A DNA stretch of 64,000 nucleotides from Thermoanaerobaculia bacterium (GCA_041750915.1 JBGSYJ010000069.1:4946-68945), one strand, 5' to 3'; counted from the first letter of the stretch, positions 18,997 through 29,334 are shown. The notes: generated from the sequence alone by a model not told the origin. Numbers and translations: made by a program.

Positions 18997-19211
18997 CCGA
19001 GCGTCAATGACGAAACAGGATCAGGGTCGACGCAAATTGAGGAGTCATCCTGAGAGGTTGTGAATGAAACGCGGAGTGTCATCCCGACGCTGCTAATGAA
19101 CCTCTCGAATGTGAGCGGCCTGCGGGCCGCCCCTACGAGAGAACACACATCGAGCTTGTTCATCTGCTTCATTGGCGCGCCGCCATTCACGCGCTCGGGC
19201 TGACACAATGA

Positions 19212-22200
19212 TTACGACTCCACGAGCGCTCGCAGCTGGCGGGTGACGACGGCGATCATCGGAAGGTCGATCACTGTCGCAGAGCGGATCTCGGTGAGCA
19301 GCTGTTCGATTCTCGCCACCAGGGGGCCTCGCGTCGCGAGCCAGACCTCGACAGTCTCAGGCGAAGCGTCATCAGTTGTCTCGAGAACCCGGGCCGTGAG
19401 CCTGCTCTGGTAGGAGAACAGGTCGTCGATGGCTCCGGCGACGGCCTGCTTCTGCCAGGAGGAGTCGGTTTTCATGGACTGAGCCGCCTCGCGCATTCTG
19501 TCGAGGTCGAACCGTGAACCGATATGGAAGTAGACGCGCCCCGCGTCGACGACGTTCAGATTTCCCACATGCGCGAGCCGGACGATGTCGAGTGCCGACG
19601 TGAGAATCTCGCTCGTAGCCCTCCTGCGCGCGAGATCCGGAGGCAATCCGAGCTGCAGATTCTCGTTCTCGCGCTGGAGCATTGCGGTCAGCGCCGCCGG
19701 AGGGAGGATCTTCTCGAGATTCCGGGCCAGATCACCGATACGCGGACCAAATCTCTCGATGCATGCAGCAATATCCAGATCATCGTAGCCACTGCGCAGC
19801 AGCCAGACAGTGGTGCGTTCGAGAAGCTGTCCGACTTCGATCAGCATCTGAGTCTGCAGAGCGGCCGGGATCTTGTTGTCGAGATGCTCAATGGCCTTCC
19901 ATGTGGTGCGGAGGTCGAACGAATCGCGGATGATCGCGTAGGCGCGGGCGATGTCGGGAGCAGTTTTCCCCGTCTCTTCCATCATTCGCGCGACAAAGGT
20001 CGGCCTCACGCGGTTCACCATCGTGTTTGTGACGAACGTCGCGATGATCTCGCGACGGAGGCGGTGGCGCTCGATTGCTGTGCGATAGTTCTCGCGAAGC
20101 TGTTTCGGGAAGTAGAGAATCAAATCCTCGACGAGGAGAGGATCGTCAGGGAGATCGGATTCAAGCAGCTCCTGATAGAGCCAGATCTTGCTGTAGGCGA
20201 GCAGGACAGCCAGCTCGGGACGCGTCAGTCCGAGATGGGCGAGCTGGCGCTCCTGAAGGGCCTCGTCATCCGGAAGTCCTTCGAGCGAGCGATCGAGCTT
20301 CCCGGTGCGCTCGAGGTATCGGATGAAGCGCATCTGCGTGTCGAGTATGGATTCGCCCTGAGCGAAGGCGACACTGATGACCTGTGTCTGCTGATAGTTG
20401 TCGCGCAGTACGAGCCTCGCGACTTCGTCCGTCATTTCCGCGAGTAATCCGAGCCTTTTCTCGGGAGGGATCTCTCCCCGGGCGATCGCAGCGTCGATCA
20501 GGATCTTGATGTTCACTTCGTGGTCGGAGCAGTCGACGCCGGCAGAGTTGTCGATGGCGTCGGTGTTGATCTTCCCGGTGCTGCTGGTGAGGGCAAACTC
20601 AACTCGGGCGTGCTGGGTGAATCCGAGGTTTGCGCCCTCGCCGATCACGCGCACCCGGAGCTCGTCAGCGTTGACCCTCAGCGGGTCGTTGGCGCGGTCG
20701 CGCACGTCCGCATTCGTCTCGCGACTCGCTTTCACGTACGTGCCGATTCCACCCATCCACATGAGGTCGGCCCGCGCACGAAGGATCGCCTGAATCAGAT
20801 CGTTGGGTGTGACGGTGTTTTGAGGAAGGTCGAAGACCTCCCTGACCCGATCAGAAACAGTGATGGACTTCGAGCGCCGTTCGAACACGGCTCCGCCGGG
20901 CGAGAGCAGGGACGGATCGTAGTCGGACCAGGCCGACCGCGGCAGGTTGAACAGCCTCTCCCGTTCGATGAAACTGCGCTCCGGATCCGGATCCGGATCG
21001 ACGAAAATGTGCAGATGGTTGAACGCGCCGATCAGTCTGATGTGCCGGGACAGGAGCATCGCGTTTCCGAAGACGTCTCCGGACATATCGCCGACGCCAA
21101 CGGCCGTGAAGTCTTCGCGCTGGCAGTCGACTCCCAGCTCGCTGAAGTGGCGCTTGACAGCCTCCCAGCCGCCGCGCGCGGTGATACCCATCTTCTTGTG
21201 GTCGTATCCCGCGCTGCCACCGGACGCGAACGCATCTCCCAGCCAGAAGCCGTACTCCAGGGAGATGCTGTTTGCAATGTCAGAAAACGTTGCGGTGCCC
21301 TTGTCGGCAGCGACCACGAGGTAGGGATCGTCGCCGTCGCGCCGCACGATTCCCTGCGGCGGGATGATGTCGTCCTCAGATCGGTTGTCGGTGAGGTCGA
21401 GAAGCGCGCGGATCAGCATTTTGTAGCAGGCGACGCCCTCGGTCATGATCTCGTCCCGAGTCGTTCCGGGGTTCTTGACAATGAACCCGCCCTTCGCACC
21501 GACGGGGACGATGACCGCGTTCTTGACCGTCTGGGCTTTGAGCAGCCCGAGGATCTCTGTGCGGAAATCCTCCCTGCGGTCCGACCAGCGGAGCCCGCCG
21601 CGTGCGACCCTGCCCCCGCGGAGGTGGATTCCTTCCATCCGCGGTGAATACACGAAGACTTCGACCTGCGGACGGGGGAGGGGAAGTCCTTCGACGGCTG
21701 CGGAGTCGAACTTGAAAGAGATCCACGGCTTCCGCTCGCCGTTCGTGTCACGCTGAAAGTAATTCGTCCGGAGAGTCGAGTCGATCAGGTTGCGGTAGCG
21801 CCTCAGGATTCTGTCCTCGTCCGGGTTCGACACCGACTCGAGCGCTTCGTTGATCTGTTCGTGCAGCTCCGCTGCCCTCGCCGCGTCAGCATTCTTTGTG
21901 TCAAAGAGCGCGTAGTAGAGGTCGAGCAGCATCCGAGCGATCTCCGGATTGTTCGAGAGCGTCTGCTGCATGTAGGTCTCGCTGAGCGTGATTCCAGCCT
22001 GCCGGAGGTACTTGCAGTACGCGCGGAGCACGGCAACCTCGTGCCATTCCATGCCGGCCGCGAGGACGAGCCGGTTGAAGCCGTCGTTTTCCGCCTCGCC
22101 CTTCCAGACGCGGAGAAACGTCTCCTCGAACTTTGGTTTCGTCTCGAGGAAGTTGATCCCTTCATCCTGCACGAAGAGCCGGAGGTCACGAATGCGCACG

Positions 22201-24041
22201 CCGGTAGGTGTCCCGACGGGATAGACGTCGAACGGAGTTTCCGACTGGACTTTGAGTCCCATGCTCTCGAGCCGCGGCATGAGGTCCGACAACGCGACGA
22301 TGCCCGCGTGGAAGATCTTGCAGCGGAGCTCGTGAGGACGCGCGCCTTCGCGCTGGTAGAGCTCGAGGGCCAGAACGCCCGTCTGCGCCACGGTCTCGAT
22401 CCGCTCGATGTCGGAAACGGCAATCCGCGGCTCGAAGCGTTCCGAATATGCCGCGGGAAACGCGCGACGGTAGCGGTGATAAACCTCGAGCGATGCTTCT
22501 TCGCCCATCGCGTTGTCGAGCGCATCGAGCAGGCGGTCCGACCAGTTGCGCGAAGCCTCTGCGAGCATTGCCTCGATACGCCGGGTGTCTACCTGGGGAA
22601 TCTGTCCCGGAGTCGTCCTGATGATGAACTGCGCTCTTGCGAGCGGCGAGTCGGTCAGGTGCGCATGAACATTGATCACCGTGCCGTCGAATGCATTCTC
22701 GAGGATACGGCTTGCCTTGTCGCGGAACTCGACGTCGTATCGGTCGCGCGGAACGAAGACCAGGCAGGAGACAAAGCGTTCGAAAACGTCTTTCCTGCAG
22801 AACATCCCGACCCTCTGGCGATCCTGCAGCTGGAGAATTCCGATCGCCATGTTGAACAGTTCGTTCTCGGTGACCTGAAACATCTCGTCGCGTGGAAACG
22901 TCTCGAGAATCTCGATCAGCGCCTTGCCGTTGTGACTGCTGGGAGCGAGCCCGGAGCGCTCTATCACGCGCTGGGCCTTCTGACGAACCAGCGGAATGTC
23001 GCGGACGCTGCGGCTGTATGCCACCGAGGTGAAGAGCCCGAGGAAGCGGTGCTCGGTGAGGAATCGTCCCTTGTCGTCGAAAGTCTTGACGCTCACCCGA
23101 TCCATCGTGGCCGGCTTGTGCACCTGGCTGCGGCTGTTCGCTTTCGTGATGATGATCGGCTCGTGCCGCTGTGCGAAATCGCTGAACTCGCCGGTGAACG
23201 GTGTGCGGCTCCGGTCGACGGACTCCTGACGCACGGCGCGGAGTATCCCGAGCCCCGACTCCTGATCGATCTCGAGAAAGTCTCCTTCATCCGTCGTTGC
23301 GAAGTTGTACTCGCGGTAGCCGAGAAAGAGAAAATGATGGTCGGAAAGCCAGAACAGAAATTCTCTCGCTTCCTGAATCGCAGTGGGTGAGAGAAACTGC
23401 ATCTCTGGAGCGTCCAGCCCCTCGAGACATTCTTCGAGCTTCCGCTTCATCGGGTGCCAGTCATCGACGACGACACGAACCTGTTCGAGGACAGCCTCCA
23501 CGTTGCGCCGGATCGCTTCAATTTCTTCAGGCTCACTCTCCTGATCAAACTCGATGTGCATGTAGGACTCGGTCAGCAGAACCGAGTCGCCGTCGGAGGG
23601 ACTCTCGCCTTCTTCCGGAAGCGGCATCAGTTTGCCGTCGAGCGAACGCCGGACCCCGATTACCGGATGAACGAGCAGATGGATACTGCGCTCATTGCGC
23701 ATGATCGCTGCCGCGACCGAATCGACCAGGAACGGCATGTCATCGTTGACGATCTCGATCACGGTGTGCTCGGAGCTCCACCCATCTTCGGCCGAGGGAT
23801 TGAACACTCTGACCTTTGCTTCTCCGATCTTCCGTTCCGCGCCGAATCTCCATAACGACAGCGCGCCTCCGAGAAGCGTGTCGGGAGATGTGTACAGAAC
23901 ATCGTCAGGTGCGACGAACTCGAAATAGTGCTTGACGAAGTCGGATGCCGCTTCGCGCATCTCGGGAGGAACCCGTCCGGTCGCATCGTGCGACAGACGT
24001 TCGATCAGATCCGATTTGCGCACTTCCTCATTGACGGCCAT
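19212..24041 (-). CDS. NAD-specific glutamate dehydrogenase, large (~1600 aa) class
   Basis: Length and motifs (GGLRWSDRREDFRTEILGLLKAQTVKNAVIVPVGAKGGF) fit the bacterial NAD-GDH (PF05088) family. I chose the start at MAVNEEVRK (ATG 24041, GAGGA ribosome-binding site). Confidence 0.85.
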   Translation of the reverse strand: MAVNEEVRKSDLIERLSHDATGRVPPEMREAASDFVKHYFEFVAPDDVLYTSPDTLLGGALSLWRFGAERKIGEAKVRVFNPSAEDGWSSEHTVIEIVNDDMPFLVDSVAAAIMRNERSIHLLVHPVIGVRRSLDGKLMPLPEEGESPSDGDSVLLTESYMHIEFDQESEPEEIEAIRRNVEAVLEQVRVVVDDWHPMKRKLEECLEGLDAPEMQFLSPTAIQEAREFLFWLSDHHFLFLGYREYNFATTDEGDFLEIDQESGLGILRAVRQESVDRSRTPFTGEFSDFAQRHEPIIITKANSRSQVHKPATMDRVSVKTFDDKGRFLTEHRFLGLFTSVAYSRSVRDIPLVRQKAQRVIERSGLAPSSHNGKALIEILETFPRDEMFQVTENELFNMAIGILQLQDRQRVGMFCRKDVFERFVSCLVFVPRDRYDVEFRDKASRILENAFDGTVINVHAHLTDSPLARAQFIIRTTPGQIPQVDTRRIEAMLAEASRNWSDRLLDALDNAMGEEASLEVYHRYRRAFPAAYSERFEPRIAVSDIERIETVAQTGVLALELYQREGARPHELRCKIFHAGIVALSDLMPRLESMGLKVQSETPFDVYPVGTPTGVRIRDLRLFVQDEGINFLETKPKFEETFLRVWKGEAENDGFNRLVLAAGMEWHEVAVLRAYCKYLRQAGITLSETYMQQTLSNNPEIARMLLDLYYALFDTKNADAARAAELHEQINEALESVSNPDEDRILRRYRNLIDSTLRTNYFQRDTNGERKPWISFKFDSAAVEGLPLPRPQVEVFVYSPRMEGIHLRGGRVARGGLRWSDRREDFRTEILGLLKAQTVKNAVIVPVGAKGGFIVKNPGTTRDEIMTEGVACYKMLIRALLDLTDNRSEDDIIPPQGIVRRDGDDPYLVVAADKGTATFSDIANSISLEYGFWLGDAFASGGSAGYDHKKMGITARGGWEAVKRHFSELGVDCQREDFTAVGVGDMSGDVFGNAMLLSRHIRLIGAFNHLHIFVDPDPDPERSFIERERLFNLPRSAWSDYDPSLLSPGGAVFERRSKSITVSDRVREVFDLPQNTVTPNDLIQAILRARADLMWMGGIGTYVKASRETNADVRDRANDPLRVNADELRVRVIGEGANLGFTQHARVEFALTSSTGKINTDAIDNSAGVDCSDHEVNIKILIDAAIARGEIPPEKRLGLLAEMTDEVARLVLRDNYQQTQVISVAFAQGESILDTQMRFIRYLERTGKLDRSLEGLPDDEALQERQLAHLGLTRPELAVLLAYSKIWLYQELLESDLPDDPLLVEDLILYFPKQLRENYRTAIERHRLRREIIATFVTNTMVNRVRPTFVARMMEETGKTAPDIARAYAIIRDSFDLRTTWKAIEHLDNKIPAALQTQMLIEVGQLLERTTVWLLRSGYDDLDIAACIERFGPRIGDLARNLEKILPPAALTAMLQRENENLQLGLPPDLARRRATSEILTSALDIVRLAHVGNLNVVDAGRVYFHIGSRFDLDRMREAAQSMKTDSSWQKQAVAGAIDDLFSYQSRLTARVLETTDDASPETVEVWLATRGPLVARIEQLLTEIRSATVIDLPMIAVVTRQLRALVES

Positions 24042-24170
24042 TGATATCCTCGGGCGGTGTGGGGATTTGCAGACGTTGCATGGAATGCAGAAGCGATGTG
24101 CTGGCTCGGCCCCGGATTCATCGTGCAGCCGGTCGATCGCCTCAACTGGAAGGATAAATGACTTGGCGGC

Positions 24171-24268
24171 GAAGTAGAAGCGTGAAGCGTGAAAGAAGAG
24201 TGAAGAGTGAACGGTGAAGATTGAAAGGGGAGCAATTTCACTCTTCACCCTTCACTCTTCACCCTTCC
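24171..24268. repeat. Purine-rich heptad tandem repeat forming a hairpin (H2) in the divergent gdh intergenic region
   Basis: GAAGCGTGAAGCGTGAAAGAAGAGTGAAGAGTGAA ... TTCACTCTTCACCCTTCACTCTTCACCC. Confidence 0.5.
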
Positions 24269-24339
24269 TTTTCCGGCAGGATCCTTGCAAATGTAGCATA
24301 ATAACTTTCCGCCTCGGGGTGGTTCGAGGATCTCAATCC

Positions 24340-25056
24340 ATGACCTCCAGACTCAAAGCAGCTTCCCTTCTGATCGCAGCCGCCATTGGCCTCTTCGCTG
24401 CCGTTTCGCCCGTCCACGCCACGGTTGCCCGGTACGTTCCGTTCGATCAGAAGGTCGACGAGGCCGAGGCCATCGTCCTGGGACGCGTCACGGGCACCCG
24501 ATCGGCCTTCGACCCGACCGGCAAGTGGATTCTGACGACTGCCACCATCACGATCGACAAGTCGCTGAAGGGGTCCGCAGCGGGAACGATCGAGGTGACC
24601 GTTCCGGGGGGAGCCGTTGACGGAATCCACCAGGAAACTGTCGGGGTGCCTTCCTTCAGCAAGGGAGATGAGCGCGTTCTGTTCGTCAGGCGGGACCGGG
24701 TCGGTCCGACCGTGCTCTATCTCGACCAGGGGAACTACGAGGTCGTTAGGGATTCGTCCGGCCGACCGACCGTCTCGCCGGCGTCTTCCGATCTCGTCCT
24801 TCTGGATAGTCAAACGGGAAAAATCTCTGCTTCCGAGGAAGTCCGTTCGCTCGATTCGTTCGAGCGTGAAGTGTCGCTCGCAGTCCAGAGAGTGCAGCGG
24901 CAGCGGCTCAACACAGCGGCGGTTTCATCCGCAGTGACGCCGGAGCGGAACTGGCGGACGTCGACCGTCGAGTTTCTCGATGAGAACAAGCTGCTCATGA
25001 TTCTGCTCGGGATCGGAGTGCTGATCTCGCTGATTCCCATCCTGAGGCGGAGATAG
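24340..25056 (+). CDS. Secreted hypothetical protein with a C-terminal transmembrane anchor
   Basis: Signal peptide MTSRLKAASLLIAAAIGLFAAVSPVHA after a GAGGA ribosome-binding site; C-terminal LLMILLGIGVLISLIPILRRR. Confidence 0.55.
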   Translation: MTSRLKAASLLIAAAIGLFAAVSPVHATVARYVPFDQKVDEAEAIVLGRVTGTRSAFDPTGKWILTTATITIDKSLKGSAAGTIEVTVPGGAVDGIHQETVGVPSFSKGDERVLFVRRDRVGPTVLYLDQGNYEVVRDSSGRPTVSPASSDLVLLDSQTGKISASEEVRSLDSFEREVSLAVQRVQRQRLNTAAVSSAVTPERNWRTSTVEFLDENKLLMILLGIGVLISLIPILRRR

Positions 25057-25062
25057 AGATCG

Positions 25063-26106
25063 ATGCGCTGTCCCGAATGTCACGCCGTCCGCGAGCCCGA
25101 GGCAAAGGCATGCACGGGGTGTGGCCTGCTGTTCGTGACGCTGCCAGAGCCGAATCGCAGATCCGATGATCTCGTCCGCCAGAAGCGGCGTGCGTCCGAT
25201 GCAGAGCTCGTCGAGTGCCGGGCGTGCGGAGGTGCCGTCCCGAAGAGCGCTATCCGTTGCCGGCACTGCTCGGAGATTCTCGATCCCGGATATCTCGCGA
25301 GGAAGGCCCGCAAGCGGAGAAAGCAGGTCAACGCGGCGAGCTGGACGGCTTACCTTCTGGGACTCGTCACGCTTTTCATCTTCCGGCCGGTCGGGATCAT
25401 CGCAATCGGCGCCGGTCTGATGCTTTCGATTCTCTATTACCTGATCCCCGTCGAAGAGGAACTGCCTTTCGAGGATGACGACGAAGGAGGTTCGGACCGT
25501 TCGAAGCGCGAGCGTGTGCGAGGCTCCTTTCGATCCCTCGGCGAACACTTCAAACGACAGTTCGCCTTCGAACGGTTCACTCTGAATGTTCCCCACCTCG
25601 GCAAGCTGAAGATTGCGCTCGTCGGCACGCCGCTCCTCGCTGCCGGACTTGGCCTCGTGACCCAGCATTTTCTTCTTCAGGTCCCATTGAACAGGGCGAT
25701 CGAGGCGAGCGGAGCCTTCGACGGCGTCGATGTTTCCGCGCGCTACCGCTACTGGATCGTGCCCGGCGTCGTCGTCTATGACGTCGATGTCGAAAAAGGA
25801 ACGGACGCAAGCGATGCGATTCTCGCCCTTTCTCGCTCATCGGGTGAGCACGAGATTGCCGAGGTGAACGTCACGGTCGCAGGCGAGAACCGAGGAACCA
25901 TTGAGGGCGAAACGTTCCGGCGGATCGGACGGATGAATGAGCGAGAGAAGAGCGTCGTAACACAGTTGCGGGAGATTTTCCGGCCCGGTTCCGGCCCCGC
26001 CGCCGCCGACGGCGCGCTTCGAACGTTGCGGAGGCTTACAGGAGCCGAAGGTGAACGGCCCGCCCCTGTTCCGTCGAACAGGGTGACGGTAACGATTCCC
26101 GGGTAA
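25063..26106 (+). CDS. Double zinc-ribbon membrane protein, unknown function
   Basis: Two CxxC...CxxC ribbons (CPECH...CTGC; CRACGG...CRHC), then two transmembrane helices and a soluble C-terminal domain. Confidence 0.55.
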   Translation: MRCPECHAVREPEAKACTGCGLLFVTLPEPNRRSDDLVRQKRRASDAELVECRACGGAVPKSAIRCRHCSEILDPGYLARKARKRRKQVNAASWTAYLLGLVTLFIFRPVGIIAIGAGLMLSILYYLIPVEEELPFEDDDEGGSDRSKRERVRGSFRSLGEHFKRQFAFERFTLNVPHLGKLKIALVGTPLLAAGLGLVTQHFLLQVPLNRAIEASGAFDGVDVSARYRYWIVPGVVVYDVDVEKGTDASDAILALSRSSGEHEIAEVNVTVAGENRGTIEGETFRRIGRMNEREKSVVTQLREIFRPGSGPAAADGALRTLRRLTGAEGERPAPVPSNRVTVTIPG

Positions 26107-26238
26107 GGAGTTTAGCCGTAGCCGTAGCCGTCCCCGTTGCTGTCTTTCCTACCTTCGCGAGTTCTGTCGGCGTCGCGAGCGCGCGCTGCGTTGCCCCGCT
26201 CTACTGTCACCCTTTTCTGAATTCTGAATTATGAATTC

Positions 26239-27285
26239 TCAATTCTCCTTCTTCATCATTTCTTCACGAAGTTTCGTCACGAGCCGATCATCGACGAGGC
26301 CTTTCGGCGTTCCGGGATAGTCGAGACCGTGCGCGGCACGGAAGGCGTCGACCGCCGCGATCGCTTCCGCGTCGTAGTCGGCGAACCGCTCGTTGTACGC
26401 GGCGTCCTCTTTCTGATACGGCGCGATGAGCCGGTCGAACGCTGCGGGATCGCTGCGCATGAGGCTGCGGTCTCCCGTGAACTTCGGTGCAGCGGGAAAC
26501 TCCGCGAGCTCTTTGCCCCAGTATCCGAGGGCGTGAAGCATTCTCTTCAACTCGATGACGTCGGGCCCGCGCACGGCGGAAAACTCACGATGTCCAAGCT
26601 TCCGGGTCGTCCGGTAGTAGATCCGCTTCAGCTCGCCGACGGGATCCTCATGCTCGCCGACATCGATCGAAAACGAGAGGTGATCGCCGCCGCGCCCTGG
26701 GTCGTTTGGATCTGCAACGCGGAGCGCGGCGCTCTGAAGGTTGCCCCAGCGCCGGTCGCCGCCCAGCTTCTGTCCCGCCTCGAGAGCGAGGATCAGCCGC
26801 TCTGCAAACGGCGTCGTCGTCCCTTCGGTCGATTCGAAATGATCGGCGACGGCGTCGACGACTTCGGGTCCCACAAGGATGTTCCCCTGAACCGTGTAGT
26901 TGGGTCCGTTACGACTTCCCGCCCAGACTCCGCTCTCTTTTCCGGTGAATGAGGCAGAGCGTCCCTTCATGTCGATGATTCCGAGCTGCCGCCGTTCGCG
27001 GCCGGCATCGCCTGTGAGCAGTTGCTCTAGGACTGCCTCAGGCGCAACGCCGGTTTCCAGCAGGTCGAGACCCTGACGTCCGTACTCGACGATCGTCCAC
27101 GACTGTGTAGCCACGGCGCCGACTCCGGCTCTTGCCCATGGCACCGCACGGCCGACGAACGGAACGCGTGTCGTCACTATGACGCCGGATTCGCCCGTCG
27201 AAGGATCGATTGCGACGAGCGAAAACGTCGCATGGACCGGCACGCTCAGTACAAAGGCGAACAGAAAAACAACTGCAGATCTCAT
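26239..27285 (-). CDS. DUF1028 protein with a C-terminal peptidoglycan-binding domain
   Basis: TFSLVAIDPSTGESGVIVTTR matches the DUF1028 N-terminus; the C-terminal LKRMLHALGYWGKE is PG_binding_1-like. Confidence 0.7.
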   Translation of the reverse strand: MRSAVVFLFAFVLSVPVHATFSLVAIDPSTGESGVIVTTRVPFVGRAVPWARAGVGAVATQSWTIVEYGRQGLDLLETGVAPEAVLEQLLTGDAGRERRQLGIIDMKGRSASFTGKESGVWAGSRNGPNYTVQGNILVGPEVVDAVADHFESTEGTTTPFAERLILALEAGQKLGGDRRWGNLQSAALRVADPNDPGRGGDHLSFSIDVGEHEDPVGELKRIYYRTTRKLGHREFSAVRGPDVIELKRMLHALGYWGKELAEFPAAPKFTGDRSLMRSDPAAFDRLIAPYQKEDAAYNERFADYDAEAIAAVDAFRAAHGLDYPGTPKGLVDDRLVTKLREEMMKKEN

Positions 27286-27302
27286 GATTCCTCCAGAAAG
27301 TA

Positions 27303-27323
27303 GCGGCGGATTCCGATCCGCCG
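27303..27323 (-). terminator. Hairpin GCGGCGGATTCCGATCCGCCG between an OMP gene and the DUF1028 gene; core identical to the hairpin at 6381
   Basis: On the minus strand the hairpin is followed by TACTTTCTGGAGGAATCATG, the ribosome-binding site and start of the DUF1028 gene. Confidence 0.4.
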
Positions 27324-27324
27324 T

Positions 27325-27990
27325 TCAGAAGCGAATCGCGAGCGACAGCGACACGACGGGATAAATATCGTAGTCGCCGATTTCATCCTGCAGCGAACGT
27401 TCTTCCGCTGCGAGATCTTCTTCGAATCCTGGAGGAATCGGGATCCCCGGGTTCGGTTCAGCGATCAGATCGACGACAGGCTCTCCGTGTGAGTAAGCGC
27501 CAATGTCGAACAGAAGTTTGAAGCGCGAGTTCCCCCGCAAAGCGTTTCCGAATCCGATTCCGAGGTACGGCCCCACTTCATCCGTTGTCGCAACCGCGCG
27601 TAGCCGTCCGACGAGGGCTACGGGGTAGGGCACTCCGTTGATCTCCACGATCGTGTCCTCGGTAGACCGCGCTTCGTAGACATTGTCGTTGCGGATGGCG
27701 CCGAGGGTGATGCGGAAGCTGCGGCCACCGGGATAGATGTCGAGGAAGAGGTTCTCACTGGAGAGCTCGACGTCACCCTCATAGTCGATATCGTTGTGCG
27801 TGAGGTCGCGCGTGATGTCGCCACGGTGGATTCCACCGCGGAGATGCACATACGAGCCGAGCCCGACGATAAGGTCGGCGCCGTACCCGAGAGTCGAGAC
27901 CTTCGGCGCTACGGCGACCTGCTGGCCAGCGGCCGGGAGAGCGAGTGAAAACCCGACGATACAAATGACGACGATCAGACTTCTGCGCAT
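27325..27990 (-). CDS. Outer-membrane beta-barrel protein (OmpA-like beta-barrel/porin family)
   Basis: Signal peptide, alternating amphipathic beta-strands and a C-terminal ...LSLAIRF ending in Phe. The start at MRRSLIVV follows a GGAGGAGAGGG ribosome-binding site. Confidence 0.6.
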   Translation of the reverse strand: MRRSLIVVICIVGFSLALPAAGQQVAVAPKVSTLGYGADLIVGLGSYVHLRGGIHRGDITRDLTHNDIDYEGDVELSSENLFLDIYPGGRSFRITLGAIRNDNVYEARSTEDTIVEINGVPYPVALVGRLRAVATTDEVGPYLGIGFGNALRGNSRFKLLFDIGAYSHGEPVVDLIAEPNPGIPIPPGFEEDLAAEERSLQDEIGDYDIYPVVSLSLAIRF

Positions 27991-28122
27991 TGCCCTCTCC
28001 TCCCGACACGCTTCGCAGGCTGCGTGAACTGTGGGAAAGTGTACTCTCAGCCGGCGCCGATTCGAAATCGCCCGCCATCGCCGCGCCGGAATGGCACATG
28101 GCATGACCGTAAGGCACGAGGT

Positions 28123-28209
28123 GTCATCCTGAGCGAAGCGAAGGATCCCCCGAGCCTTGCACCATACAGCCAGTAGTAAGGGGATCCTTCGCTGCGCTCA
28201 GGATGACAC
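28123..28209. repeat. Type I palindromic element, copy b
   Basis: GTGTCATCCTGAGCGAAGCGAAGGATCCCCC...GGGGATCCTTCGCTGCGCTCAGGATGACAC. Confidence 0.7.
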
Positions 28210-28297
28210 GTGCTCCTGCTCAGAGCTGAAGTTGAAGCCAGGGAAGTGGCAGGGCATTTGCTCTCGAACGAGGCGACGTTCGACGTCGGGGGATCGC

Positions 28298-28780
28298 ATG
28301 CGCAGACTATTGGTGCTCGCCGGGATGGCGCTGGTAATTGCAGCGACAGGCTGCCGCCGCGACGCCGACCTCACTCAGTCGGTCACCGACACTTCGATTA
28401 CGGATGCGACGAGTACGGCGCCGCCTGACGCTGAGGCAGCCGACGCCTGGCTGGGAGACTTCACGCTCGGGTCGGCCCTCGACGCCCAGGGTCGTGTCCC
28501 TCTCAGTAAGTCTGCACAGGGCTTCAACGCGGGAGCGACGATCTACTTCGCAATGGGCATCACCGAAGCCCCGGCCGGTGCGGTCGTGCGAACGGTCTGG
28601 TACGGCCGCGACAATCTGAAAGTACACGAGGAGACCCGGCAGGTCGTCGCCGGCGAGAACTATCTCCACTTTCAGAGCCCGCCGACAGAGAGCTGGCCGC
28701 CGGGACGCTACAAAGTCGAAGCCTGGGCGGGCGATCAGCTCGTACGGTCTGAAGAATTCGACATCCTCGCCCCTAAATAG
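28298..28780 (+). CDS. Lipoprotein, unknown function
   Basis: MRRLLVLAGMALVIAATGC lipobox; about 160 aa. Confidence 0.55.
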   Translation: MRRLLVLAGMALVIAATGCRRDADLTQSVTDTSITDATSTAPPDAEAADAWLGDFTLGSALDAQGRVPLSKSAQGFNAGATIYFAMGITEAPAGAVVRTVWYGRDNLKVHEETRQVVAGENYLHFQSPPTESWPPGRYKVEAWAGDQLVRSEEFDILAPK

Positions 28781-28804
28781 CCGGCGCCCGGCCGTGGGCG
28801 CCGG
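28781..28804. terminator. Putative bidirectional terminator hairpin between the convergent lipoprotein and OsmC genes
   Basis: CCGGCGCCC-GGCCGT-GGGCGCCGG lies immediately after both stop codons. Confidence 0.4.
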
Positions 28805-28816
28805 CCGTATCCTGGT

Positions 28817-29245
28817 TCAGCTCCCGAGGGTCGCTTTCAACGTGATCTCCGCCGTCCGGAGAAGTTTCGATACGGGACAGTTCTCTTTGGCGCTCGCCGC
28901 TTCCTTCTGGAAGTCCTCTTCCGAGATCCCGGGTACGTTCGCATTGCACACCAGCTCGATCCGCGTGATCTCGAAACCCTGGCCCACCTTTTCGAGATGG
29001 ATCGTCGCTTCCGTGTGTACGCTCGTCGGCTCGTGGCCCGCTTTGCTGAGACCATTCGACAACGCCATCGAGAAGCATCCGGCATGGGCCGCCGCGATCA
29101 ACTCCTCGGGATTCGTTCCGTTCCCCGTTTCAAAGCGCGATACGAATGAATACGCGCCATCGAGCGCACCACTCTCGGTTTTCACTGTTCCGTTTCCGTC
29201 CTTGAGATTTCCCTTCCACTCTGCTTCAGCTTTGCGACTCGGCAT
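28817..29245 (-). CDS. osmC: OsmC family peroxiredoxin
   Basis: AEAEWKGNLKDGNGTV...AAAHAGCFSMAL...KENCPVSK carries the OsmC Cys pair. Confidence 0.9.
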   Translation of the reverse strand: MPSRKAEAEWKGNLKDGNGTVKTESGALDGAYSFVSRFETGNGTNPEELIAAAHAGCFSMALSNGLSKAGHEPTSVHTEATIHLEKVGQGFEITRIELVCNANVPGISEEDFQKEAASAKENCPVSKLLRTAEITLKATLGS

Positions 29246-29334
29246 CTTGTGATTCCTCCTGAGGGGGACATCATATTGGGTTTCGTGAAGTTTCGTGTTT
29301 CCCGCTGCAAGTTTCGCGCTATGCCCTCTCCGCA

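Noticed and set aside
19524-23704. Several 300-500-aa plus-strand ORFs inside the NAD-GDH gene
   Set aside because: They are antisense to a 1609-aa ORF with strong family motifs, and their Arg/Ala/Pro-rich compositions have no domain signatures.
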